Shown: piece after piece, positions 41,969-51,752 of the stretch
Numbering within the stretch: the first letter of the stretch is position 1
How the letters are laid out: the number at the start of each line of letters is the position of its first letter
NCBI GenBank assembly: GCA_963674865.2
Contig: CAXXYE010000009.1
Span: forward strand, 1,728,001-1,792,000
Direction of reading: 5' to 3'
Source: Candidatus Hydrogenedentota bacterium
Lineage (GTDB): Bacteria; Hydrogenedentota; Hydrogenedentia; Hydrogenedentales; SLHB01
Length of the DNA: 64,000 nucleotides
Made by a program: the position numbers and the translations under genes
The notes under the pieces: model-generated
Seen by the model: the letters and a program-made list of their open reading frames with translations, nothing else
What the model was told of the DNA's origin: nothing
The model's database searches: none

Positions 41969-44086
41969 TCACTTGGACTTATCAGGAAGATCTTGCCTGG
42001 ACTCGTCTTTCACGAGCCCGATGGACTCGATGGGGATCTTCTTGAAGCCCAAACTCCAGACGGGGGAGTCCACGCGCAGTCGGAAGTCGGCATTCTCCGG
42101 ATCGATGAAGCCGGGGTCGCCTTCGATGAAATTGCTGTCGAAAGTCACCCAGGCGGGGCCCCATTCCCGGCCGTCGCTTACGGGACGCATGTCGAGCCAG
42201 CGAGGGCCCACGTGGATGTTCCGCGCGATAAGGTTTCGCTTAGGGGCGAGCGGCTCGTCGTCGACAATATTCGCGAGTTCCGGATACTGAGTGGAATAGG
42301 GCGGCTGGTTGTAAGGCACCGATTCCAGGCGGCCATACATGTCCCATCCGCCCTTACGGCTTTCGATAAGCGGACGCGACCAGCCGAGGCCGCGGGCGTC
42401 GAGGTGAATCGAGATATGGGCGTCTACGAAGACATTATTCTCGATGCGGTTGTCGCGTCCGCCACCGAGCATGAGCCCTCGGTGAACCTTGTAGAAGACG
42501 TTGCCGTAAACCTGAACGCCCGAAGCCAAGTCGTCCAGATACACCGCGTTTGAATCCTGGTGCAATCCCCCAAGATGATGAAAGTAGTTGTAACGGATGA
42601 CATTCCCGCGCTCTTCCCAGTTGCGGCCCATATAGAACCCGCCGACGTCCGCCGTTTCGAGACAGAGCCGTGTGAGTTCGTTCAATTCGACGACGTGGTT
42701 GTTGCCACTGAGCAGAATGCCTGCGTGCGGCGCATCGTGGATGTAGTTGTGGCTGACGCGGTTGCCGACCCCTGAGATGGACACGCCGGGACAATAGGTG
42801 CGTTTCCAACGAGCGAAGTGGTGGATGTGGTTGTTGCCGGCGACATGCCCCGCCTCGGACAAGGTCTGTGTGTCACCGCCGGCCAAGCCGATGCCGCGTT
42901 CACCGAGATTGTAGAGATCGCAACTGCGGATCACGTGCTGAACGCCGCCGGACACCAATACCGCGGCGCCGCCCAGGTTGCGGAGTTTGCAGCCGGCGAC
43001 GTTGGCCCTGCTGCCTCCCGTGATGGTTATCCCGTGGCTGTTGCCGCATTCAAACGTCAGGCCGATCAACTGGATGTCCGATGCATCCGCGAGCGCAACA
43101 AGAGGTTCACGTAACAGCGCCAGGATTGCGTCGCCACCGTCGAGGGGCGACGGGGGCCAAAAGTAGATTCGGGAGGTCTGTTGATCAAGATACCATTCGG
43201 AAGGCTCGTCAAGCTCCTCCAAAACGTTCACAAATCGGAACCGCTGCCCCTCTCGAAAGCCGAAGGTGCTCGCCTCGGGATGCTCCAAGACGATGCACTG
43301 CGCTTCCGTATCAATATCCTTTACCTTGAGAAAAGCGTCGTGCCAGTCATACATCCAGTAGCCATGAGCCCAAACATCCCGCACGGTTTGCCAGCGCTGT
43401 GGGCGCTCGCCCGAGTACTGGATGCGATCCGACATCAAGCCGCGCTTTTTCCCGGAAGCGTCGATCATCCGTTGCCCGTTGGGAACGGCGGCGATGGTGG
43501 TCCAGTCTCGGTTTGGCCATTCAGCCAGCCGCATAGGTTCGCCGTCGAAGAAGAGGGCATATTGCCTTACATCCTCGCTTGGACTGGCATCTTTGAGGCG
43601 GGTGATTCCCAGTGCTTCGAGATCGGCGTAGCGCACATGGGCCCGGGCTTGTTCGCCGAAGCGCTCAAGTACACCTTCGTCGGTTACCGGCAGAAACTCC
43701 CGGAGCCTCCGCCCGCCGCTAATGATAGGATGCTCTCCCGGAAACGCACGGTAGACAACCGGCGCGTCTGGTTGGCCGGAGTCCTGTCCGTCAAGCCGGA
43801 ACGCGGCCTCCCGCTCGTACGTGCCCCCGCGTAACAAGACGGTGAATCCTTCCACGGGCTGCGAGGCCCTCTCCTTGAGTCGGCGAATCGCATCGCGCGC
43901 CGCCTCCAACGTCGCGAAAGGCCCGTCACTGACCTCGGCGTCAGGTGACGCCAAGTGCCCACTCCAAGCGTCGTTGCCTTGAGGACTCACAAAGAACTCA
44001 ACGGCCCCCTCCTTGTGTTCGCCCCAAGCGGCAGCCGGAAAGAAACATACGAGCCGGATCGACAACACTAGTAGCAGTCCATTCAT
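41969..44086 (-). CDS. Secreted right-handed parallel beta-helix protein (GH141/pectin-lyase-like)
   Basis: FFVSPQGNDAWSG...GPFATL, ELDEPSEWYLD and repeated N.I..N..H motifs; start estimated. Confidence 0.8.
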   Translation of the reverse strand: MNGLLLVLSIRLVCFFPAAAWGEHKEGAVEFFVSPQGNDAWSGHLASPDAEVSDGPFATLEAARDAIRRLKERASQPVEGFTVLLRGGTYEREAAFRLDGQDSGQPDAPVVYRAFPGEHPIISGGRRLREFLPVTDEGVLERFGEQARAHVRYADLEALGITRLKDASPSEDVRQYALFFDGEPMRLAEWPNRDWTTIAAVPNGQRMIDASGKKRGLMSDRIQYSGERPQRWQTVRDVWAHGYWMYDWHDAFLKVKDIDTEAQCIVLEHPEASTFGFREGQRFRFVNVLEELDEPSEWYLDQQTSRIYFWPPSPLDGGDAILALLREPLVALADASDIQLIGLTFECGNSHGITITGGSRANVAGCKLRNLGGAAVLVSGGVQHVIRSCDLYNLGERGIGLAGGDTQTLSEAGHVAGNNHIHHFARWKRTYCPGVSISGVGNRVSHNYIHDAPHAGILLSGNNHVVELNELTRLCLETADVGGFYMGRNWEERGNVIRYNYFHHLGGLHQDSNAVYLDDLASGVQVYGNVFYKVHRGLMLGGGRDNRIENNVFVDAHISIHLDARGLGWSRPLIESRKGGWDMYGRLESVPYNQPPYSTQYPELANIVDDEPLAPKRNLIARNIHVGPRWLDMRPVSDGREWGPAWVTFDSNFIEGDPGFIDPENADFRLRVDSPVWSLGFKKIPIESIGLVKDESRQDLPDKSK

Positions 44087-44291
44087 GCTGAATCGAAATC
44101 CTTTGTGTGGCTGTATGGCGCCAAGACATGTCCTCTCTTCGGAAGTGTAGTCCATCCTGCGTCGCCTTACCAAGGCCCCAGACATGCGTAGAGATCCTAT
44201 CGCCGCCGAGGCTCGCTTTGCGCGCACACGGGATCTATAATCGGCGGCCACGGATTGGGGAACTGGGGCGCATGCACTGGGGAGATGGATT

Positions 44292-46706
44292 ATGAATGCG
44301 CAACGAACTGAGCAACGTGGCGAATCCAATGGCACAACCGCGGCGCTGAAAGGCGCGCGCCTCTTTCCAGAACACCTACTGCACGCCGAATGGGTGCGCT
44401 TCGAGGCGGCGGGATACAAGGCGCCAGTAACCGGCGTGGTGTACCGGGGCCAGCCGCGGCCGACATGCGGGATGCCCCTCGGCGGGCTCGACACCGGTTG
44501 CGTGGATATCGAAGCCAACGGCATGCTCGGTTACAGCACGCTCTTCAATCATTTGGTGAAGCCGAGGCTGCTGCTGAACGCCCCCTTCATGGGATTGAGC
44601 GTGGGGGACACGACATGGGCGCTCGTTTCGGATCGGCTCGCGAAGCGGGATCGGCCGATTCACAGCCCCGCGGCCCTGTTTCCATCGACCGACTACTCCC
44701 CGGCCTATTCCGACGTCGGGCTCGAAGGCGTGCGCATCGCCAAGTGGATCGACTACTGGGGCCACTATCCCATTTTGGACATGGAGTACGAGACGGACGC
44801 GCCGATCTCGGTGGGCGTGCGTGCGTGGTCGCCCTTCATCCCGGGCGACACGGCGGCCTCGATGATGCCGGCCGCGTGTTTCGAGATACACCTCCGCAAC
44901 GCGACGGACGCGCCGCAGGAGGGTGCTTTCGCCTTCACCTTCCCCGGCTTCGAGCAACCCGAAGGCGCGGAAGCCATGACTCGGGAGCCGCTGGAAGGCG
45001 CTCTGAACGGTGTGTGTGTCGCGGGCCCGCGTCAGGGCGACCCCTGGGAGATGAGCTACGTGGTTGCGGCGTTGGACGGCGAATCCGTTCGCATTGGGGG
45101 GCCCCTGGCCTGCGATGGCCCCGCGTGGGCGGCGATGGGCCGGCAATTGCCCGAAGCCGGGGAAAGCGAGACGGGAGCGACGGTGGCTTGCGATTTCTCC
45201 CTCGATGCCGGCGAGGCCAAGACGCTCCGGCTGGTGTTCGCATGGTACGCCCCGCACTGGCGCGGAGGCGGCGCGCCGAGTCACATAGAGACGGACGCCT
45301 TCAGCCACATGTATGCCAAGCACTACCTGAGTGCTCAGGCTGCGGCCGAAGCGATGGCGGCAAATCACGAGGCGCTTCTCTCTCGCGTCATCGCCTGGCA
45401 GGAGGCCGTCCACGCGGAGCCCGAAATGCCCGGCTGGCTCGCGGACGCCCTCATCAACAACCTGCACCTTATCACCGAGTGCGGCGTCTGGGGACAGGCG
45501 AAAGAGCCCATCGGCGCATGGTGCCGGCCCGAGGACGGGCTGTTCGGCATGAACGAATGCCCCCGCGGCTGTCCGCAGATCGAGTGTCTGCCGTGCAGTT
45601 TCTACGGCAACGTGCCCGTCGTCTACTTCTTCCCGGATGCGGCGCTCTCGACGCTTCGCGGTTATATGGCTTACCAGTTCGACGACGGCCGGCCGCCCTG
45701 GATCTTCAGCGGCTGCACCGCGCAGGAGCCGGACAAGAAGCAGCCCTTCGGATTGGCCTCACCCGTGAAAGGCTACCAGACGGTGCTCAACGGGGCCTGC
45801 TACGCCGTCATGCTGGATCGGCTCTGGCGCGTGTCGGAGGATGACGCCCTGCTGCGCGAGTTCTGGGACTCGATGAAGCGGTGTACCGACTTCTCGATGA
45901 ATCTTCGCCCGGCCTACGGGCATTCGCAGGTCGTCGCCATGCCCACCTCCGGCACCGATAGCGGCGGCCTCGGCGATACGGAGTGGTTTGAGGCCCCCGA
46001 GCCCGGTTGGCGCGGCTACACCACGCACGCCGGCGGCGTGCGCATGGCGCAGGTGGCGATTGTCCGGCGCATGGCCGAAGCCATGCGCGATGCGGACTAC
46101 GCCGCCAAGTGCGACGCCTGGCTCGAGGCCGGCGCGGCCGCGTTGGAGGAGCACCTGTGGACGGGCCGGTACTACCTGAACTTCCATGAGCCTGAGACGG
46201 GCGAGAAGTCGGAACTCGTGTTCGGATACCAGCTCGATGGGCAGTGGATTGCCCGCTGGCACGGCGTGCCCGGCGTGTTTCCGGACGAGCGCGTGGCAAC
46301 GACCCTCGATACGCTCCGGCTCAACTGCGACCTCAGTCAGTCGGGCGCGGTGAACTACGCCAATCCCGACGGCACCCGCGCCAAGGTCGGCGGCTACGGG
46401 CCCTACAGCTATTTCCCGCCGGAGCTGATGATGTTGGCCATGACCTACATGTACGAAGGGCGCGGCGGATTCGGCCTCGACCTCCTACGCCGCTGCATGC
46501 ACAACATCACCTGCCGCTGGGCCTACACCTGGGACGCCCCGAACATCATGCGCGGCGACAACGACACGGGCCAGCGCACCTTCGGCGCCGACTACTACCA
46601 GGACATGATGCTCTGGGCCGTCCCCGCGGCATTGCGCGGCGAGCCGCTCACCGGCCCATGTTGCGAAGACGGCCTCGTGGCGCGCGTCCTCGCTGCCGGC
46701 GCGTAG
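44292..46706 (+). CDS. GH116-family glycoside hydrolase
   Basis: GMPLGGLDTG, AWSPFIPGD, ALINNL and YQLDGQW. Confidence 0.8.
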   Translation: MNAQRTEQRGESNGTTAALKGARLFPEHLLHAEWVRFEAAGYKAPVTGVVYRGQPRPTCGMPLGGLDTGCVDIEANGMLGYSTLFNHLVKPRLLLNAPFMGLSVGDTTWALVSDRLAKRDRPIHSPAALFPSTDYSPAYSDVGLEGVRIAKWIDYWGHYPILDMEYETDAPISVGVRAWSPFIPGDTAASMMPAACFEIHLRNATDAPQEGAFAFTFPGFEQPEGAEAMTREPLEGALNGVCVAGPRQGDPWEMSYVVAALDGESVRIGGPLACDGPAWAAMGRQLPEAGESETGATVACDFSLDAGEAKTLRLVFAWYAPHWRGGGAPSHIETDAFSHMYAKHYLSAQAAAEAMAANHEALLSRVIAWQEAVHAEPEMPGWLADALINNLHLITECGVWGQAKEPIGAWCRPEDGLFGMNECPRGCPQIECLPCSFYGNVPVVYFFPDAALSTLRGYMAYQFDDGRPPWIFSGCTAQEPDKKQPFGLASPVKGYQTVLNGACYAVMLDRLWRVSEDDALLREFWDSMKRCTDFSMNLRPAYGHSQVVAMPTSGTDSGGLGDTEWFEAPEPGWRGYTTHAGGVRMAQVAIVRRMAEAMRDADYAAKCDAWLEAGAAALEEHLWTGRYYLNFHEPETGEKSELVFGYQLDGQWIARWHGVPGVFPDERVATTLDTLRLNCDLSQSGAVNYANPDGTRAKVGGYGPYSYFPPELMMLAMTYMYEGRGGFGLDLLRRCMHNITCRWAYTWDAPNIMRGDNDTGQRTFGADYYQDMMLWAVPAALRGEPLTGPCCEDGLVARVLAAGA

Positions 46707-46820
46707 CGCAGGCCCTCCACCCTGCCGGAGATTGTGGTGCAGGCATCCTGCCTGCCTCCGGCGCGCGTGCTTGGGACATAGGACCACGCCGACGTGCCCA
46801 TTTTGAACCGCCTTGCGCTG

Positions 46821-46849
46821 TTGACAGCCCCGGGGTGCCGGCGTATACT
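46821..46849 (+). promoter_or_regulatory. Sigma70 promoter of the B12-riboswitch operon
   Basis: TTGACA-17 bp-TATACT. Confidence 0.85.
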
Positions 46850-46889
46850 CGCTCCTCGTCACATATATAGAAGCATGGGCCGTAACATC

Positions 46890-47056
46890 GAAAGGAGGTG
46901 AATTCGCTAAGAATCGAAAACGGGTAAGGGAAGAGCGGTGCAAATCCGTCGCAGGCGCGCTGCTGTAACCGGGGACGAAAGCCGCAACCATGCCACTGCC
47001 CTACGGGGCGGGAAGGCGCGGTGACTAGGACGAGCCGGAAGCCAGAAGACCTACCC
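46890..47056 (+). ncRNA. Cobalamin riboswitch
   Basis: AAGGGAA..GGTGCAAATCC, GCTGTAA, GCCACTG...GGGAAGG and the B12 box AGCCAGAAGACCT appear in canonical order. Confidence 0.92.
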
Positions 47057-47207
47057 ACATCAAGTTGTTAATGCAGCAACTTCGCGAGAAGGGTTGCCGC
47101 AGGATATACGGCCATTCGGCCATTCCTGCCTACGTTTTCTCGCCCTTATTCTCGTTAGTTTCAGGCAATTGTTGTGTTATGCCAACACAGTGAGAAAGGG
47201 TGAAATT

Positions 47208-48245
47208 GTGAGCAAAGTATTATTCGTCTCCATAGTGCTGGGGTCCGGCGTGGTGCTGATCGCCGCACCCGCCGCTGCCCAGGACTACACGTCCTACAAA
47301 CACTTCCCGTCACCGGTTGGATACTTCGTTATGTGTACCGACCTATCCGATGGGCGACTGCTCGTCTGGGACGGCGAAAGCCTCTATCTTCAAGACGAGC
47401 CCAGCCTCGACCGCTTCACGGCCATCGCCACGGGCTATTCCGGCGACCCCGCGTTTATCGCCCTCTCGCCGGATGGCCACACCGTGCTGCTCGGCACCGG
47501 CTACGGCGGCGGAGACAATCTGTACGTCTTCGACGTTGACGCGCCGAAAGATGCCTCAGAGAATCCCTCCATTGGCGTTCTCAGTCATTACTGGGGCGCC
47601 TTCCTCACCGCCGACCTCGTGGTGATCGACAGGGTGAAGAGCGACTACAGCACCACCGAACTCGGTGTCTTCTCCCTGTCTGGGGGCGTAGCCTCCTACA
47701 AGAGCATTATCGACAAGCCCGCCGCCGCCGCCATACCGGCGGGGCAAGGCGTGGCCTCGTCGGCGCTGGCCGTCGACGCCGCCGGCGCCTATGTGTACGC
47801 CATGGACTATCTCTACGACTACGCAACCTGGGCCCTTCAGAGCAACCAGCTCAGGCGTGTGTCGGCCGCCGACCTGATCGCCGCCTACAACACGTCCGGC
47901 ACGCTGGCCTGGACCGCGCAAACCGCCATCGGCGCCTCGGGCGCCTACGACGGCTCCGGCCCGAGCGATGTGACGACCGCCGGCAAGGTGCTTGTCGGCG
48001 GAAACGCCATACAGATGGTCGATCCCGGTACCGGCGCCATCGACGAGACCCTAACGCCCGATACGGCGGCTTACCCCTGGTATACCGCCCTGTACAACGC
48101 GGCTCTGAGCCATATCTACGGCGTTTCCAGTGGCACCGGCTGGGTGCCGGAAGCCGACTACGTAGGCCTGCCGGCAATCGGCGCGGCGGGGCTCTTGCTA
48201 CTGACCGCGGGGTTGGCCCGATCCATGTATCGCAGGCTCCGGTGA
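47208..48245 (+). CDS. Secreted beta-rich surface protein with C-terminal LP-TM-basic tail
   Basis: Signal peptide ending AAAQ; C-terminus GLPAIGAAGLLLLTAGLARSMYRRLR; GTG follows AAAGGGTG. Confidence 0.75.
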   Translation: MSKVLFVSIVLGSGVVLIAAPAAAQDYTSYKHFPSPVGYFVMCTDLSDGRLLVWDGESLYLQDEPSLDRFTAIATGYSGDPAFIALSPDGHTVLLGTGYGGGDNLYVFDVDAPKDASENPSIGVLSHYWGAFLTADLVVIDRVKSDYSTTELGVFSLSGGVASYKSIIDKPAAAAIPAGQGVASSALAVDAAGAYVYAMDYLYDYATWALQSNQLRRVSAADLIAAYNTSGTLAWTAQTAIGASGAYDGSGPSDVTTAGKVLVGGNAIQMVDPGTGAIDETLTPDTAAYPWYTALYNAALSHIYGVSSGTGWVPEADYVGLPAIGAAGLLLLTAGLARSMYRRLR

Positions 48246-48332
48246 TGAGCCCTCGATACGCAGAGTGAAGAACCACCGGCCGGGGCCGCACCGCAAGGCG
48301 CGGCCTCGGCCTTACCGATAGGATGGAGTGGT

Positions 48333-50516
48333 GTGATGAGCACGAGAGACGGCCTCGTTAGCTTCCTGGCCACGGCCGCCGGCTGCCTCGCCGCCTGCAT
48401 GGCGGCCGCCGATCCCTGGGCCGACGCGGTGATCGAGTATGCTCCCCTTTCGGCCGCCTCGGGATACGACGACCCCGACGAAGCATTGGGGCCGCCAAGC
48501 GGCGGAGGGCCCTCCACCCCAGACAATAGCTCTGTCGTAAGTCTGGGGACCTGCTCCGAGAGCGATCGCGGCTACCTCGTTCTTTCTTTCGATGACCCCG
48601 TCCTCGACGACCCCGCCAACCCCTTCGGACTCGACTGCATCGTCTACTCAAACGCCTTCTGGGTGGGCGGAAACTCCCAACGGAAATTCCAGGAACCCGC
48701 CCTCATCGAGATCAGCGAGGATGTCAACGGCGACGGCCTGGCCAACGACCCGTGGTACCTCATCCCCGGCAGCCGATCATACTCCTACGCGGCCTTCCCG
48801 ATGGTGGTCGAGCCCGCCGGTATCTCAAATGCCTCTCCGAACGAACTGGTTCTCGCGGGAAACATCACCAATCCGAACCTGCTCTTGGACAGTGATTCCA
48901 GCAATGACAATATCGAGTACAACTGGGGATATGCCGAGATGAGTCCCACCCTCGTGCCTTATCTCGACAACTACGTTCGCCCCGACGATCCTCTGAGCGT
49001 CGGCATGACCTCCCGGAGCGGCGGCGGCGACGCCTTTGATATCCAATGGGCCGTGGATAGCGCCGGGCAAGCGGCCGGCATCGACCGCTTCCACTTCATC
49101 AGGCTCAGCGCCTTTGTCCAGCGCGATATGCAGCAGTTTCTCGACGCCAGTCCCGAAATCGACGCCGTCGTGGACGTCGCGCCCGAAGTCGATACCGACG
49201 AAGACGGGATCCTCGACGTATACGAGGAAGAAGTCGCCGGCACCGATCCGGATCGCCCGGAAAGCACCATGCTGCCCCTCGAAATCCCCGACATAGAGGG
49301 CGGCAGCCCGTCAGGCGCCCAACTCGGCACGGCGCATGACGCCCTGGGAGACCGGATCACCCTGTATGCCGATGAGGCCCGCACCGACACCGGCCGCGCC
49401 TACAGCGTCAACGTAGACATTATCGAGCCCAGCGACCCGGGCGGAGCCTTGCCCGACGAAGCGCTCGTCAAGAGCAGCGCGGTTCGGCGCTTCAAGGCGT
49501 CCATATCCGACTTCGTGTCCGCGGGCATTCAGAAAGCCGAGCTAACCATCCACTATACGGCTTCCGAGATCACCGGCCTGGACGAAGCATCCCTTCAGCC
49601 TTACCGCTTGGTGAGCGGCGCCTACGTCCAAACGGGAATCTCCGATGTTACCGTCAACGCGGACGCAAACGAGCTGACATTTCGCAGCCGCTATCCCGGC
49701 CTCTTCCTTCTTGCCTCCACGGCAGGCGCCGGTGATACGGGGCCCGCGCCGCCCCCGGCAGGGGCCATCACGCTAACCGCCGACCCTGCCGGCCAATGCG
49801 TCGCCAACCCCGCCAATACTGTCCAGGTGGCCAGCGCCGCCATCATGGATACCGTCGGCGATGTTGTCCGCGACGGCGCCTTGATCACGGTGACCACCGA
49901 CTACGGCGTCATCGCCACAGCCGATGCCGACGCGCAACAGGCCGGCGTCCAAGTGGCCACGAGCGGCGGCGCGATAACCTTTGAGGTTCAGCCGCCGACC
50001 CGTGTGCGTCAGGCCAGGTTCACCGCGACCTCCGTCGAAGGTACGGCAACCGGCTCCCTCGACTATGCCTTTATAGCCGGCGCTCCATCGCGCGGCGTCT
50101 ATCTGCGCATGCAAGAGCCCGTCGGCACCGGCCCTGTGTCCCTCGGCATGACCCCCGGCCCGCCCGGCGTGACGGACATGTATGCCAACACCGTCGCTGA
50201 CGGCGCCGAGCTCACCCTTACAACCTCCGGCGCCACGATCCTCAGCGTCGATGCCGACACCGCCACGCCCGGCTTCCAGGTAACGACTAGAAACGGCTAC
50301 TTCTCTTTCACCGTTGAGACCCCCGCCTTGGACGGCACCTTCCAGGTCGCCATCTATGCCGACGCCGCGCAGTCCCGCCTCATAGGCGGAGGAACCTACA
50401 CACCGGATGAGTACGTCCCGTTGCCCATGCGCGCGCGGGACTTGTTTGTTGCACTGTTCATAGCTGCGGCCCTCGCCCTGCGTCGAGGGGCCGCCACAAA
50501 GACGAGGGGCCGTTAA
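48333..50516 (+). CDS. Surface protein with BtuH-like N-terminal domain, Ig-like stalk and C-terminal anchor
   Basis: VIEYAP...VVSLG...GYLVLSFD...NAF...EPALIEISEDVNGDGLANDPWY...GS...WGYA...DAFDIQWAVD resembles Bacteroides btu-locus surface proteins (recognised from memory). Confidence 0.7.
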   Translation: MMSTRDGLVSFLATAAGCLAACMAAADPWADAVIEYAPLSAASGYDDPDEALGPPSGGGPSTPDNSSVVSLGTCSESDRGYLVLSFDDPVLDDPANPFGLDCIVYSNAFWVGGNSQRKFQEPALIEISEDVNGDGLANDPWYLIPGSRSYSYAAFPMVVEPAGISNASPNELVLAGNITNPNLLLDSDSSNDNIEYNWGYAEMSPTLVPYLDNYVRPDDPLSVGMTSRSGGGDAFDIQWAVDSAGQAAGIDRFHFIRLSAFVQRDMQQFLDASPEIDAVVDVAPEVDTDEDGILDVYEEEVAGTDPDRPESTMLPLEIPDIEGGSPSGAQLGTAHDALGDRITLYADEARTDTGRAYSVNVDIIEPSDPGGALPDEALVKSSAVRRFKASISDFVSAGIQKAELTIHYTASEITGLDEASLQPYRLVSGAYVQTGISDVTVNADANELTFRSRYPGLFLLASTAGAGDTGPAPPPAGAITLTADPAGQCVANPANTVQVASAAIMDTVGDVVRDGALITVTTDYGVIATADADAQQAGVQVATSGGAITFEVQPPTRVRQARFTATSVEGTATGSLDYAFIAGAPSRGVYLRMQEPVGTGPVSLGMTPGPPGVTDMYANTVADGAELTLTTSGATILSVDADTATPGFQVTTRNGYFSFTVETPALDGTFQVAIYADAAQSRLIGGGTYTPDEYVPLPMRARDLFVALFIAAALALRRGAATKTRGR

Positions 50517-51380
50517 ATGTCACGCCGTTCCGGACTCACACTGATCGAGGTGTTGGTTGTGGTAGCCATCATCGGCATCCTTTTTTCGATATTGCTGCCC
50601 GTGCTCTCCAAGGTTAAGCAACGCGCGTATTCCGTCCAGTGCGTCAACAACCTGCGACAGCTCTTTCTCGCCAACACCATGTACGCCGACGAGAATAACG
50701 GGCGCTATTGCCCCGCCGCTCCCGATATCAACGACGGCTTCGGCGGACGAGTCCGCTGGCATGGACGCCGCGAGACGGCCGACTCAAACAGCGCCTTCGA
50801 TCCCAGGAAGGGCCTGCTCACCGAATACATGCCCGAGCAGGAGGTGCTGCAATGCCCTGTCTTCATGGAATACGCCAAACTCGGCGAAGGAGTCCTAGCT
50901 TTCGAGGCAGGCACGGGCGGATACGGATACAACGCGGCCTATGTCGGCGGCACGTACCGTGTGGACAGCTATACCGACGCCCCGAAAAACGGCGTCTCCG
51001 CCAGTTCGATAGGCTCACCCGTCAACACGATCATGTTCGCCGACGCCGCCATCCCGGTCGAAGACGACCTGGTCGAGTACGGCTTCCTCGAACCGCCCTA
51101 CTTCGTCAATCAGGACTATCCCAAGGGCTGCCCCGACTGGGGCCACCCATCGCCCAGTATCCACTTCCGCCATCTCCGAACCGCCAACGTTATCTGGTGT
51201 GACGGCCACGTCACCGCCGAGAGGTTCGGCTGGACCACCGATTTCAACATCTACAACGGCAACAACCGGCGCTGGGGCGTGGGATGGTTCCGCCACAAGA
51301 ACAACTACTTCTTCGACAGCGACATGAAGGGCGGCTATCCGATTGACTCCGAAGGCAATCCCGTGCCGTCACCCTATTAA
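50517..51380 (+). CDS. Prepilin-type N-methylation / DUF1559 (H-X9-DG) protein
   Basis: RRSG-LTLIEVLVVVAIIGIL, CVNNLRQL and FRHLRTANVIWCDGHV. Confidence 0.9.
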   Translation: MSRRSGLTLIEVLVVVAIIGILFSILLPVLSKVKQRAYSVQCVNNLRQLFLANTMYADENNGRYCPAAPDINDGFGGRVRWHGRRETADSNSAFDPRKGLLTEYMPEQEVLQCPVFMEYAKLGEGVLAFEAGTGGYGYNAAYVGGTYRVDSYTDAPKNGVSASSIGSPVNTIMFADAAIPVEDDLVEYGFLEPPYFVNQDYPKGCPDWGHPSPSIHFRHLRTANVIWCDGHVTAERFGWTTDFNIYNGNNRRWGVGWFRHKNNYFFDSDMKGGYPIDSEGNPVPSPY

Positions 51381-51485
51381 GCCACGCACAGCAAGACGCG
51401 CGGGCCTGCCATTGCCAGGAAGTTCACGTCGCCGCGCGGCGGCCCATTTCATGACGGCTCAATCGGTGCCTGCCGCCGGATGGAA

Positions 51486-51684
51486 GCGGCCGTCAAGCGT
51501 CCTCTTCGCAATACCCCTTCGACTCGCACTTGTCCTGCGCCATGTCCGAACACCCGGTGGTGTACGTCTTCAACGCCAGGCAGGCTTCGCAGGTGGATTG
51601 AGCTCGGCTCGGGAGTTTGCTTGTCACACTGATGTGCTTCATCTCTGCCCCCTCCTTGTCGACTACCAGTATAGAACGATGCCG
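51486..51684. repeat. ~200-bp direct repeat, copy 1 (pairs with 60985-61179)
   Basis: Shared CGCACTTGTCCTGCGCCATGTCCGAACACCCGGTGGTGTACGTCTTCA and GACTACCAGTATAG. Confidence 0.95.
51493..51642 (-). CDS. 49-aa Cys-rich peptide, copy 1 (MKHISVTSKLPSRAQSTCEACLALKTYTTGCSDMAQDKCESKGYCEEDA)
   Basis: Hand-translated. RBS AAGGAGGGG, upstream TATACT, and a paralog with mostly synonymous changes. Confidence 0.82.
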   Translation of the reverse strand: MKHISVTSKLPSRAQSTCEACLALKTYTTGCSDMAQDKCESKGYCEEDA

Positions 51685-51752
51685 TCACTTCTCAGGCACA
51701 GTCTCAAGAACTGGTATCGTTCGTGAACGAGGGCACTTATTATGCTTCGCGT

